Source of the DNA: an uncultured Verrucomicrobiota bacterium | Lineage (GTDB): Bacteria > Verrucomicrobiota > Verrucomicrobiia > Palsa-1439 | Assembly: GCA_964574605.1 (NCBI GenBank) | Contig: CAZNOK010000003.1 | Location: 1 to 57,157, forward strand | Reading direction: 5' to 3' | Length of the DNA stretch: 57,157 nt | In this document: positions 11,880-21,724 of the stretch, piece by piece | How the letters are laid out: each line of letters starts with the position of its first letter | How positions within the stretch are numbered: position 1 is the stretch's first letter | Translations under genes and position numbers: made by a program | The notes under the pieces: model-generated | What the model saw: only the letters and a program-made list of their open reading frames with translations | Database searches by the model: none | What the model was told of the DNA's origin: nothing

Positions 11880-13848
11880 GGGCAAGCACTCCGTTGATTT
11901 CCTCGAAGATTTCGTCGTCCTCGAAGAGATTCTGTTTGATGGCACCGCTGGGGCAGGCGGCGACGCAGGTGCCGCAGCCTTTGCAGAGGGCCTCGTTGAT
12001 GACAGCGATTTTCTTTTCTTCGTTGCGGCTGATGGCCGTGTAGGGGCACATCGGGATGCAGGTCTTGCAACCCGAACATTCCTGTTCGACGACAAACGCC
12101 GTGTTCGGCTCCAACTCAATCGAGCCGGCGTCAATCAACGCCAGCGCCTCCGCCGCCGCCGCGCCGGCTTGGGCGACGGTGTCGGGAATGTCCTTCGGTC
12201 CCTGGCAACAGCCGGCGAGGAAGATGCCGTCGGTGAACGTGTTCACCGGCGCCAGTTTCGGATGGCGTTCGAGGAACCAGCCTTCGGTGGAGCAGGAGAT
12301 ATTGAATTGCCGGCGCACGTCGTTGGCATCGCCCTGCGCTTCGAGGCCGACGCCGAGCACGACCATGTCCACCGGCACTTTCCGCATGATGTTCAGCAAC
12401 GTGTCCTCCGCCTGCACGATGAGTCGGCCGTTTTTGTCGGCCGGATTTTCGAGGAACACGTCGGCCACCTTACCGCGGATCATGTGGACGCCTTCGCCGG
12501 AGACTTTGGAGTAAAACTCCTCGAAGCCTTTGCCGGGCGTCCGCATGTCAATGTAGAAGTTATAGACATCGGCGCCGGTGCGTTCCTTGACGAGGTGGGC
12601 GAGCTTCAGCGAATACATGCAGCAGACGCGCGAGCAATATTTGTTGGTGTTCTCGTCGCGGCTGCCGACGCAATGCACGATGGCGACGGATTTCGGTTTC
12701 TGGCCGTTGCGCAGGACGAGTTCGCCGCCGGTCGGGCCGCTGGCGTTGACGAGGCGCTCGATTTCGAGCGAGGTGTAAACGCCGGAGTAAGCGCCGTAGC
12801 CGTAGTAGGGAATCCGTTTTGCGTCGAAAACCTTGAAGCCGGTCGAGAGGATGATGGTGCCGACTTCGATCTCCTTCATCTCGGCCTTTTGATTGAAGTC
12901 AATCGCTTTGCGGTCGCCGCAAGCTTCGACGCAGGTCTTCTTGCATTTGCCGGTCTTGAGCTGGATGCAGGTCTCCGGGTCAATGACCGCCACGAGCGGC
13001 GTGGCCTGCGGGAACGGCAGATAAACGGGTTTGCGTTTGCCGAGGCCGAGGTTGAACTCGTCGGGGAACTTCGGTTCCTTGAACACGCACGCCGCGACGC
13101 ACTCGGAGCAACCGACGCAGAGGTCCTCGATGATGTAACGCGGGTTGCGGCGGACAGTGACCTTGTAGTTGCCGACAAAACCGTCCACCTTCACGACGTC
13201 GGAGTACGTCCACATCGTGATGTTCGGGTGCGTTTTCACGGTGGTCATCTTCGGCGTCAGGATGCACGCGGCGCAATCAAGCGTCGGGAAGGTTTTGTCG
13301 AACTTCGCCATGTGGCCGCCGATGGTCGGCTCGCGTTCGACGAGATAGACTTTCTTGCCGGCGTTGGCCAGCGTGAGCGCCGCGTGGATGCCGGCGATGC
13401 CGGCGCCGACAATCAGCACGTCGGACTTGATCGGCACCGATTTCTTCTCCAGCGGTTTGTGGAACGGAACGCGATGCACGGCGGCGCGGATCAGGTCCTT
13501 GGCCTTCTCCGTGGCTTTCGCGCGGTCGGTGTGGACCCACGCGTCGTGCTCGCGGATGTTGACCATCTGGAAGAAGTATTCGTTGATGCCGCCCTGCTTG
13601 GTGGCGTTGCGGAACGTGTGCTCGTGCAGCAGGGGCGAACACGCCGACACAATGATGCGGTCGAGCTTGTGTTCCTTGATGTCCTGCTGGATCAGCGTCT
13701 GGCCGGGGTCAGAGCACATGTATTTGTAATCGCGCGCCAGCGCGACGCCGGGCAGTGTGGCGGCGTATTCGGCCACGGCCTTCACGTCCACCATGCTGGC
13801 GATGTTGGTGCCGCAGTGGCAGACATAGACTCCAATTCGATTGCTCAT
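11872..13848 (-). CDS. hdrA: Heterodisulfide reductase subunit A (bifurcating flavoprotein)
   Basis: RIGVYVCHCGTNIA, ACSP..HE.TF, GAGIAG, DKTFPTLDCAAC, CVGSRD..YCSRVCC, GPKDIPDTV and C-terminal ferredoxin motifs. Confidence 0.97.
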   Translation of the reverse strand: MSNRIGVYVCHCGTNIASMVDVKAVAEYAATLPGVALARDYKYMCSDPGQTLIQQDIKEHKLDRIIVSACSPLLHEHTFRNATKQGGINEYFFQMVNIREHDAWVHTDRAKATEKAKDLIRAAVHRVPFHKPLEKKSVPIKSDVLIVGAGIAGIHAALTLANAGKKVYLVEREPTIGGHMAKFDKTFPTLDCAACILTPKMTTVKTHPNITMWTYSDVVKVDGFVGNYKVTVRRNPRYIIEDLCVGCSECVAACVFKEPKFPDEFNLGLGKRKPVYLPFPQATPLVAVIDPETCIQLKTGKCKKTCVEACGDRKAIDFNQKAEMKEIEVGTIILSTGFKVFDAKRIPYYGYGAYSGVYTSLEIERLVNASGPTGGELVLRNGQKPKSVAIVHCVGSRDENTNKYCSRVCCMYSLKLAHLVKERTGADVYNFYIDMRTPGKGFEEFYSKVSGEGVHMIRGKVADVFLENPADKNGRLIVQAEDTLLNIMRKVPVDMVVLGVGLEAQGDANDVRRQFNISCSTEGWFLERHPKLAPVNTFTDGIFLAGCCQGPKDIPDTVAQAGAAAAEALALIDAGSIELEPNTAFVVEQECSGCKTCIPMCPYTAISRNEEKKIAVINEALCKGCGTCVAACPSGAIKQNLFEDDEIFEEINGVLAHV

Positions 13849-14735
13849 AGGTTCTCCTTTTGGTTGCTGCGCGCGTGGCAGATGACAGGTTCGGCGGAGA
13901 CCAGCTCGGTGCCGATCCCCAGTTGTTTGGGCGGCAGACCGAACGCCAGCCCGATCAGTTGCGTGAAATACATCACCGGCAGATTGAAGTTGGTGCCGAA
14001 CTCCTGGTTTACCAACTTCTGGTAACATTCGAGGTTGACCTGACAAAGCGGACACGCCGTGGCGATCACGTCCGCTTTCACCGCGGCGGCGCTTTGCAGG
14101 AGGTTGCGCACGAGGCTGAGCGCGGCCTTGCGGTTCGTGATGATCAACGCCCCGCCGCAGCAGCGCAGCTTCATCGAAAACTCCACCGGCGTCGCGCCGA
14201 TGGCCGCCATCAAGTCCTCGAAGAAATGCGCCTGCTCAACGTCCTCGTGGTCTTTGCGCGGACGCAAAATCTGGCAGCCATAGTATGTCGCGACGCGCAG
14301 GTCTTTGAGCGGCTTCGTGACCTTCGCTTTCACGGCGGCCAGCCCGACGTCCTGCACGAACACTTCGATCAGGTGCCGGACCGCGCTCGTGCCGGTGAAC
14401 TTCAGGTTGTCGGCTTCGAGCGCGAAGTTGATGTGGTCGGCCAGCGCCGGCTCGTGCTGGAGGTGGGCGCGCGTGGCGAACATGTTCTTGTAGCAACCGC
14501 TGCACGGCGCGACGAGATCGCGGCCCTGTTTCTCGGCCATCGCGAGGTTGCGGGCGCCGAGCGTGTAAGCGAGCAACTCGTCCACGTGGAAATACGCGGT
14601 CGCGCCGCAACAGTTCCAGTCTTCGAGTTCCTCCAGTTCGACGTCGAGCCGGCGCAGCGTTTCGATGGCGGAGTCGTGGTAACTCTTCGCCATCTTTTCC
14701 AGCGAACAGCCGGGGAAATAAGCGTATTTCTTCAT
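13845..14735 (-). CDS. hdrB: Heterodisulfide reductase subunit B (CCG domains)
   Basis: YFPGCSL, WNCCGA, YYGCQ..RP, RCCGG, ACPLCQVNLE. Confidence 0.95.
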   Translation of the reverse strand: MKKYAYFPGCSLEKMAKSYHDSAIETLRRLDVELEELEDWNCCGATAYFHVDELLAYTLGARNLAMAEKQGRDLVAPCSGCYKNMFATRAHLQHEPALADHINFALEADNLKFTGTSAVRHLIEVFVQDVGLAAVKAKVTKPLKDLRVATYYGCQILRPRKDHEDVEQAHFFEDLMAAIGATPVEFSMKLRCCGGALIITNRKAALSLVRNLLQSAAAVKADVIATACPLCQVNLECYQKLVNQEFGTNFNLPVMYFTQLIGLAFGLPPKQLGIGTELVSAEPVICHARSNQKENL

Positions 14736-15304
14736 TCGTCAGGGTCTCCCAGCGGGATGATGCGTTTGAGGACCTTCTTGAAGTTGTCGAGCCGCTTGAT
14801 GCGCGCCGGCAACAACGGCAACCGGCCTTTCAACATCAAGCTCGTGGCGGTCTGGGCTTCCTGGAGCATTTCCGGAACACCGAGCGTGAACAGGTAGCTC
14901 GTCGCCAGCACCGGCTCGTAGGAGCGGCCGGTGCGGACGATCATCTTCACGAATGTCTCCGAGAAGACCGGGCCGATCATGCCTTCCTGGGTCTTGGCGT
15001 GCCAGACGGTGTAGCGTTTCAGTCCGTACATCAACTCGGTGATGTCAATGCCGCGCGGGCAACGCACCGTGCAGTGATAACAGGACGCGCAATACCAGTA
15101 GGTGTTGCTTTTCAGGACGCGCTCCTTGAGGCCCGCGTTGATCATCGCGATGATCCGGCGCGGACTGTTGTCCATGAACCCGCCCGACGCGACCGGGCAG
15201 GTGCCGGAGCAAGTGCCGCATTGCATGCACACGTCGAGCGGATTGCCCATCGAAGCGTGCAGCACGCCGGCGATTTCCTCGCGGAATGTGGGTTTGTCAG
15301 CCAT
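14732..15304 (-). CDS. hdrC: Heterodisulfide reductase subunit C
   Basis: CMQCGTCSGTCP and WYCASCYHCTVRCPRGI; start ATG 15304. Confidence 0.93.
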   Translation of the reverse strand: MADKPTFREEIAGVLHASMGNPLDVCMQCGTCSGTCPVASGGFMDNSPRRIIAMINAGLKERVLKSNTYWYCASCYHCTVRCPRGIDITELMYGLKRYTVWHAKTQEGMIGPVFSETFVKMIVRTGRSYEPVLATSYLFTLGVPEMLQEAQTATSLMLKGRLPLLPARIKRLDNFKKVLKRIIPLGDPDE

Positions 15305-15306
15305 GA

Positions 15307-15729
15307 TTATTTCGCCTTTGCTCTCTTGGCTTCTGCCGCCTTCAGCAGCGCGCTGACCCGGTCCAGCAACAACTTCGGGTCCACCGGCTTCTCCATCAGC
15401 TCGTCGGTGGCGACGAAATGCGGATGAACCGGCTCGCCGGGGAACAGGAACGCGATCTGTTCGCGGATGCCGGTGATGATCAACAGCGGCGTCTCGCGCA
15501 GCTTCGGGTCCTTGCCGATCTGGCGGGCGATCATGATGCCCTCGGCGCCGCGCCCCATCATCACGTCCAGCAGAATCATGTCCCACGGTTTCGATTTCAA
15601 CATCTCCATGCCCGACTTCGGGTTGTACGCAGCCTCGACCGCATAGCCGGCGCGCGTCAGGATGGCTTTGATCCCGTCCACGTAATCGGGGTCATCGTCT
15701 ATGATCAACAGTTGTTTGGTTTCGCTCAT
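15307..15729 (-). CDS. Single-domain response regulator (REC)
   Basis: LLIIDDD, ILLDVMM, ITG and KPVD motifs; no output domain. Confidence 0.92.
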   Translation of the reverse strand: MSETKQLLIIDDDPDYVDGIKAILTRAGYAVEAAYNPKSGMEMLKSKPWDMILLDVMMGRGAEGIMIARQIGKDPKLRETPLLIITGIREQIAFLFPGEPVHPHFVATDELMEKPVDPKLLLDRVSALLKAAEAKRAKAK

Positions 15730-15740
15730 CTGTTTCCTCC

Positions 15741-16844
15741 TTAACTGGTTTTCAGCGCCGGCAGCCGGATCGTGAACGTGCTGCCTTTGCCGGGTTCACT
15801 GGTCACTGAAATGGTTCCGTCGTGCGCCTCCACAATCCGCCGGCTCAACGGCAGGCCGAGGCCGGTCCCCTGCTGGCCTTTCGCCGACGATGGGGCGCGA
15901 TAGAAATCCTCAAACACATGCGGCAGTTCGTCCGCCGCGATGCCGACGCCGGCGTCGGCGACGGCGATGACAACCTGGCCGGCTTCCTCGCCGACGCGCA
16001 CCTGCACTTCGGTGCCGCTGCGCGAGTATTTGACGGCGTTGCCGAGGATGTTGGTGAGCGCCTGCGCGAGCGTGCCTTCGTCACCGTTGACCCGGCACGG
16101 CGCGTCGGCGCCTTCGGTGGTTATCCCGATGGCTTTGCGTGTGGCTTCGTTCTGGACGCTCTCGACGCTTTTTGCGACGACATCTTTCACCGCCACCGGC
16201 TGGAAACTCTCGCGGATCTTGCCGATGTCGGCGGAAATCAGCCGCAGCCACGTCTGGATGAGCTTCATCAGGTCGGTCACGCGGACTTTCATCCGCTCCA
16301 GTCGCTGGCGCTGTTCGTCGTTGAGCTTGTCGGACAGTTCCTCGGCGAGCACGAACAGGTTCTGTTGCATCGCGCCGAGCGGCGACTTCAATTCGTGCGA
16401 CACGATGGCGGCGAACTGCTCGCGCAACATTTCCTTTTCGCGCCGCAACGCCTGCGTCTCCAGAATCAGCCGCCGCCGTTCCAGCGCGCGGGCGACGACG
16501 AGCCGGAACTCGTCGGGTGTGATCGGTTTCGGCAGGAAATCGCAGGCGCCCTTCTTCATCGCGTCCACGGCGCTGCCGACGGTGGCAAAGCCGGTGAGCA
16601 TGATGCTGGAGATGGTCGGATCGAAGGTCTGAATTTGTTCGAGCACTTCCAGCCCGGAGATGCCGGGCATCTTCAGGTCCACGATGACGAGGTCGGGGTG
16701 GAACTCCCTGGCGAGCGCGACGCCTTTGGCGCCGTCCATGGCGGTCTTCACCTCGTAGTGGCCGCCGCGCAACATCCGGGTGCAGGAATCGAGCACGACT
16801 TCCTCGTCGTCAATCAGCAAAACTTTGTGTGTCTCGTTACCCAT
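15741..16844 (-). CDS. Hybrid REC-histidine kinase
   Basis: N-terminal REC (LIDDEE, VDLKMP, KP), H-box VSHELKSPL, NAVKY, DAGVGI, GTGLGL. Start ATG 16844. Confidence 0.93.
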   Translation of the reverse strand: MGNETHKVLLIDDEEVVLDSCTRMLRGGHYEVKTAMDGAKGVALAREFHPDLVIVDLKMPGISGLEVLEQIQTFDPTISSIMLTGFATVGSAVDAMKKGACDFLPKPITPDEFRLVVARALERRRLILETQALRREKEMLREQFAAIVSHELKSPLGAMQQNLFVLAEELSDKLNDEQRQRLERMKVRVTDLMKLIQTWLRLISADIGKIRESFQPVAVKDVVAKSVESVQNEATRKAIGITTEGADAPCRVNGDEGTLAQALTNILGNAVKYSRSGTEVQVRVGEEAGQVVIAVADAGVGIAADELPHVFEDFYRAPSSAKGQQGTGLGLPLSRRIVEAHDGTISVTSEPGKGSTFTIRLPALKTS

Positions 16845-18763
16845 CAGGCTTTCTCCTCCACAGTGATCGGCAGCCGCACGGTGAAGGTCGTGCCCTTGCC
16901 GACTTCGCTTTCGACGGAAATGGTTCCCTGGTGTTCCTTGATGATGCCAAAACTGATGGCCAAGCCCAGCCCGGTGCCGTGCGTGGCTTCCTTGGTCGTG
17001 AAGAACGGATCGAAGATGCGCTCCATGTGTTCCGCGCTGATGCCGTGGCCGGTATCGGTGACCTCGATCTCGACGCATTTGTCGGCGGCGTTGACGCGGG
17101 ACGTGATCCGCAATTGTCCGCCGTGGTTCATCGCCTCGGCGGCGTTGATGATGAGGTTCATGAAGACCTGCTGCATCTGCGTCGGGTCCACCACCACCAT
17201 GGGCAGTTCCGGCGCGAACGTAGGGAGGATCTCGATGTTGTGGAACAACGACTGGTGTTTGACCAGCGAGATGCAGTCGTTGAGGATGTTGTGGATGTTG
17301 ATGGAACGTTTCTGCGGCTTGCGCTGCCGGGAGAAATCCAGCAGGCCGCGCACGATGCCGGTGCAGCGTTTGGCCTGCGTCACGATCTTCTGCGCCAGTT
17401 CGCGCGAGGGATTCCCGTCGGGTGTTTCCTCCAGCAACAAATACGAATAGGTCACGATACCCTGCATCGGGTTGTTCAGCTCGTGCGCCACGCCCGCCGC
17501 CAACTGGCCGACGATCGCCAGCCGCTCCGACTCCATGATCTTGGTGCGGGCGAACTCCTTGAGCTTCTCATCGCGCTTCTTCAACGCCACGGCCATCGAA
17601 TTGAACGTGTCGGCCAACTCGTGCAGCTCGTCGTTGGAGCGGATCTCGACGGTGGCATCGAGGTTGCCGTGCGCCAGTTCGCGGGAGGCGGACACGAGTT
17701 TGCCGACGGCGCTGGAAACCTTGCGCGAAATGAAAAACGACAACACGAGCGCCCCGGCCGCGCCCACCAGCGTGATACCGAGAAACGCCAGCACCGCCCT
17801 CTGTTTGATATCGAGGTACTTCTGTTCCAGCAGGCCAACGTACAGGATGCCGATGATGTTGTTGCCGAGGCTGCGGATCGGCTCGTAGGCGGTGATGTAC
17901 CAGGCGTTCACAACGTACGCCCGGCCCAGCCACGGCTTGCCGGCCCGCACCACCTGATCATACACATCCTCCGATATGCGCGTGCCGACGGCGCGCGAGC
18001 CGTCCTCGTTGTGAACGTTGGTGGCGATGCGGAGGTCATCCAGAAAAATCGTGGCCGTACCGATGTCCTTGCCCTGATACACAACGTCCTGATAAACGGT
18101 GTTCTTGATTTTGTCCACCAACTCGAAGTTGCGGTTCAACAGCACCCCGCCATAGACGACCCCGACCAGGTTCCGCTGCGGATCAAACACCGGCGCCGCC
18201 GCCTTCAACATCATCCCCGCCGTCTCCTCCGTCTCGGCGCGCAGCCGCGCTTTCGGCGTCGGGATGAATTCAAACCGCGCCCGCTCCGCCAGCGCCGGCG
18301 ATTCCTTCCGCAAATCGTCCGCCTTCACAATCACGGTGGCGACGACCGGTTTCTTCTTGTCGAGCGCAGCCCGCACCAAATCGTCGTGGCCCTGGTTGTC
18401 GCCCTTCTGTCCCCCGTTGCCAGCGCGCAACAGGACGACGCCGTTCTTGTCCGTCACCGCCAACACGTCCAGCCCCTCGCGCTCCTTGATGCGGGTCAAT
18501 TCCTCCGCCGCGCGCTGGACATCGCCTGCCAGCGCCGGGTTCATCAGCATGTAACGGTCGGCCAAGAACCGCACCGAATCATAGACGCGAGTCTGCCGGC
18601 CGTTGTAAATCTCGCGCGCAGCGTTCAAGTCGAGCGTGACCTTTTCCTGCGCCTCCGCCAACACGCGGTTGCCGATCAAACGGATGCCCACCACAACGAA
18701 CATCGCGCTGATGATGACGATGATGGACACGAAGCTGAGCGTCAGCTTCGTTCCCATCGGCAT
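16844..18763 (-). CDS. Membrane sensor histidine kinase (Cache-HAMP-HisKA-HATPase); start uncertain
   Basis: Two TM segments flank a Cache-like domain (GTATIF, RAVGT, WYITAYEPI), then HAMP (DELHELADTFNSM), AHELNNP, NAAEAM, FDPFFTTK, GTGLGL. The start could lie up to about 18817. Confidence 0.92.
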   Translation of the reverse strand: MPMGTKLTLSFVSIIVIISAMFVVVGIRLIGNRVLAEAQEKVTLDLNAAREIYNGRQTRVYDSVRFLADRYMLMNPALAGDVQRAAEELTRIKEREGLDVLAVTDKNGVVLLRAGNGGQKGDNQGHDDLVRAALDKKKPVVATVIVKADDLRKESPALAERARFEFIPTPKARLRAETEETAGMMLKAAAPVFDPQRNLVGVVYGGVLLNRNFELVDKIKNTVYQDVVYQGKDIGTATIFLDDLRIATNVHNEDGSRAVGTRISEDVYDQVVRAGKPWLGRAYVVNAWYITAYEPIRSLGNNIIGILYVGLLEQKYLDIKQRAVLAFLGITLVGAAGALVLSFFISRKVSSAVGKLVSASRELAHGNLDATVEIRSNDELHELADTFNSMAVALKKRDEKLKEFARTKIMESERLAIVGQLAAGVAHELNNPMQGIVTYSYLLLEETPDGNPSRELAQKIVTQAKRCTGIVRGLLDFSRQRKPQKRSINIHNILNDCISLVKHQSLFHNIEILPTFAPELPMVVVDPTQMQQVFMNLIINAAEAMNHGGQLRITSRVNAADKCVEIEVTDTGHGISAEHMERIFDPFFTTKEATHGTGLGLAISFGIIKEHQGTISVESEVGKGTTFTVRLPITVEEKA

Positions 18764-18804
18764 CCGCAGCAGGCAGCCGCCGGGCTTGTTGTTTGTCGCG
18801 TCGT

Positions 18805-20748
18805 TCAGGGTTTCAACGCCTCCTCCACCAATTCCATCAAATCCTTCGCCACCAGCTTGCCTTCGAGGCCCGCCGTCTTGATCGCGTCCTGAAACATCAC
18901 CAAATCCTTCGGGCAGGCGACCACGAGCATGTTCACGCCCAATGCCGCCGCCTCGCGCACGCGGCTCTCGGCGGGCCGTTCCTTGATCTCGCCGGTGTCC
19001 TCCATCCACACGCGTCCGCCGCCGGCGCCGCAGCAGTAACTCCGGCAACGATTGCGGGGCATCTCGGCCAGTTTCACGCCCAATGCCGCCAACACCCGGC
19101 GCGGCGCATCATAGACGCCGTTGTACCGGCCAAGGTAACACGGATCGTGATACGTCGCCGTCACGCCAAGCTGGCGTTGCGGCCTGAGCTTGCCGGCCTG
19201 AAGCAGCTCGTCGAGCAACTCGGTATAATGGACCACTTTCAAGCTGTCGTATTCGTTCTTCAGCGCGTGCAGGCTGTGCGGGTCGGTCGTCACCATTTTC
19301 TGGAACTGCGCCTTGCCGATGGCTTGCATGTTTTTCTCGCGCAACATCTCGAACAACCCTTCCTCGCCGACGCGACGGACGTCGTTGCCGGAGTTCCGCT
19401 CGCCCTCGTAGAGAATGCCGAAGTTCACGCCCGCCTGCTGGAAGACGTTCGCGGTCGTGCGCGTCACCGGCTGGAGACGCGGATCGTAGCTGGCATAGTC
19501 GCCAACGAACCACAAATACTCGACCGGCTCCTTGCGCGCGTCCTTGACCTTGAACGTCAGCCCTTGCGTCCACTTGGCGCGAGCGCGATCCGATTGGCCG
19601 AACGAATTTCCGTATCGGCCCAGCTTCGTCAGCGCCTCCTGCAACCCTTTCTCGATCTGTCCTTCGCTGACCAAATGCCGGCGCATGTCCACGATGGCGC
19701 GCGGCTGTTCGATGAACACCGGGCAAATCTCCTCGCACGCCCGGCAGGTCGTGCACGCCCAAAGTTCCGGCGCGGATACCAGCTTGCCCGCGCTCAATTG
19801 CAAAATCACATTTTTCGGCGAGAGCGGCTGGCCGCTGGCGTGCGCGGGGCATTGGTCCTGACAACGACCGCACCACGTGCAGGCGTCGAACTGCAACAGT
19901 TGCCGCCACGTGAAATCCTCCAGCTTCGCCACGCCGGTCGCCTCGGCGGCGGGCAACGCGCCGGTCGGGCCGAGGTTGCGCAGCCAGATGCTGACCGCCG
20001 ACGACACGAGATGGAACGCCTTGGAATGCGGCACGAGCGCAATGAACGCGAACGCCAGCAACCCATGCAGACACCAGAACAGGAAGTGCAACGTCCGCAG
20101 CGTGTCGCCGCCAAGCGGACGGAACGCCTTCGCCAGCACGTTGCCCGCGAGGGACCAGCCCGCCCATGCCGGCTGCGACGCCGCGAGCCGCAACGCCTCG
20201 ACGACGAAACCTGTCACCGCAATCGCCATCAGGATCGCCAGCAGATAAAACGAATCGAGCGGGAAGGTCGGATAAACCAGATTCTTCAACCGTTCTGGCT
20301 TCAGCACGTAGCGCCGGTAAAACGCCAGCGCCAGCCCGCCGATGAGCGCGACGGCGAAGATGTCGAGCACCAGCTTGAACGCGAGATAGAAATTCCCGCG
20401 CAGGAATTGGAAGCCGAACATCAGGTGGGTGACATCGAGGTCAATCGTCGCCAGCGCCGTGCCGAGGAACAGGAACGCCATGCCGAAGAAGATCGCCAGA
20501 TGCATCGCCAGCGCGTAGCGGTCCGACGCGAGCCGGCCTTGAAACATCGCGAACTTGATGAACGCAACAAGTCGCTCCTTCCACGCGAACGCAACCTTCT
20601 CCGGCTTGCCGAGCCGCCACTTGCGGACGTGTTGCCACGTGCCCCACAGGAACAGAATCGCGACCAACCCACCCAACACATACTGGGTGTACTCGGCCCA
20701 GCGGTAGTGCTCGTGGATGTTATAGAAGATTGGCCGGATCGGTTCCAT
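18805..20748 (-). CDS. Membrane Fe-S oxidoreductase: NarI-like TM domain plus HdrC/HdrB-like domains (HdrF/FadF/EMO-like)
   Basis: Hydrophobic N-terminal third with spaced His residues, then CTWCGRCQDQCP, CTTCRACEEICP, YHDPCYLGRYN, CCGAGGG. Follows etfA. Confidence 0.9.
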   Translation of the reverse strand: MEPIRPIFYNIHEHYRWAEYTQYVLGGLVAILFLWGTWQHVRKWRLGKPEKVAFAWKERLVAFIKFAMFQGRLASDRYALAMHLAIFFGMAFLFLGTALATIDLDVTHLMFGFQFLRGNFYLAFKLVLDIFAVALIGGLALAFYRRYVLKPERLKNLVYPTFPLDSFYLLAILMAIAVTGFVVEALRLAASQPAWAGWSLAGNVLAKAFRPLGGDTLRTLHFLFWCLHGLLAFAFIALVPHSKAFHLVSSAVSIWLRNLGPTGALPAAEATGVAKLEDFTWRQLLQFDACTWCGRCQDQCPAHASGQPLSPKNVILQLSAGKLVSAPELWACTTCRACEEICPVFIEQPRAIVDMRRHLVSEGQIEKGLQEALTKLGRYGNSFGQSDRARAKWTQGLTFKVKDARKEPVEYLWFVGDYASYDPRLQPVTRTTANVFQQAGVNFGILYEGERNSGNDVRRVGEEGLFEMLREKNMQAIGKAQFQKMVTTDPHSLHALKNEYDSLKVVHYTELLDELLQAGKLRPQRQLGVTATYHDPCYLGRYNGVYDAPRRVLAALGVKLAEMPRNRCRSYCCGAGGGRVWMEDTGEIKERPAESRVREAAALGVNMLVVACPKDLVMFQDAIKTAGLEGKLVAKDLMELVEEALKP

Positions 20749-20753
20749 GGGCG

Positions 20754-21710
20754 TCAGGCTCCTCCCTTGGCGGCCTTGAGTTTCTCCGTCAACGCCGGCA
20801 CAACCTCAAACAGGTCGGCGTTGATGCCGACGTGCGCGACGTTGAAGATCGGCGCGTTGGCGTCGGTGTTGATTACCACAATCAACCCGGCGTTCTTCAT
20901 CCCCTCAACGTGTTCGGGCGCGCCGCTGATGCCGAGCATCAAGTAGAGCTTCGGTTTGACCGACATGCCGGACTTGCCGACCTGCCGCGACAACGGCAGC
21001 CAGCCCTGGTCAATCACCGGGCGCGAACCGCACACCGCGCCGCCGAGCACATTGGCGATGCCTTCGGCCAGTTCGAGGTTGTCCTGCTGCTGGATACCGC
21101 GGCCAACGGCCACGAGCACATCCTTCTGCGTGATGTCCACATCGCCGGCTTCGGGTTCGAGATACTTGGTGAATTTCACCTTCGCCTCCGGCAGGGTCAC
21201 CGCGACATCCGTGACCGATGAAGCATTGCTGGCAGATGCAGCGGGACGCGACCCCGGCAACACGCCAAACAACGTCGAAGGGGTCGTGGCGGCGACAGCG
21301 GCTTCGAGTTTGCCTCCATAGACGACGCACTGCGCGACGAGCGTGCCGGCATCGGCTTTGAGGTCTTTGCAGCCGTTGACGAACGGCACGTTCAACTGCG
21401 CCGCCGCGAGGGCGCCGGCGTCCATCGAGAGGTTCGTCCACGGAACGAGCACGGCCTGCGGCTGGCGTTCCTTGACGAGTTGCGCGAGCGCCGCCGCGAC
21501 GGCTTCCGGCGTTGGTTCGACGTTGTCGGCGCAAAGGACGTTGTCGGCGGCGCCGAGCGAGGCGGCGAGCGATTTGTCGCCGAGCAGGACGGCTTCAAGT
21601 TTGCCGCCGCATTGGCCGGCGACTTCGCGGCCGAGCGTCAACAGTTCGAGCGTGGTCTCGGTGACCTGACCGCGCCATGTTTCAGCGAGAACCCAGATGT
21701 TGGTTGCCAT
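20754..21710 (-). CDS. etfA: Electron transfer flavoprotein alpha subunit
   Basis: VAVGRGI, GSRPVID.GWLP..RQVGKSG, GISGAPEH..GM, INTDANAPIF. Confidence 0.95.
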   Translation of the reverse strand: MATNIWVLAETWRGQVTETTLELLTLGREVAGQCGGKLEAVLLGDKSLAASLGAADNVLCADNVEPTPEAVAAALAQLVKERQPQAVLVPWTNLSMDAGALAAAQLNVPFVNGCKDLKADAGTLVAQCVVYGGKLEAAVAATTPSTLFGVLPGSRPAASASNASSVTDVAVTLPEAKVKFTKYLEPEAGDVDITQKDVLVAVGRGIQQQDNLELAEGIANVLGGAVCGSRPVIDQGWLPLSRQVGKSGMSVKPKLYLMLGISGAPEHVEGMKNAGLIVVINTDANAPIFNVAHVGINADLFEVVPALTEKLKAAKGGA

Positions 21711-21724
21711 GGTGTCGTTCTCCT

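Noticed and set aside
8647-13848. Selenocysteine in MvhA, MvhD or HdrA
   Set aside because: All three frames are open and have Cys at the usual positions (DPCLGC, GCHPGDC, DCAAC).
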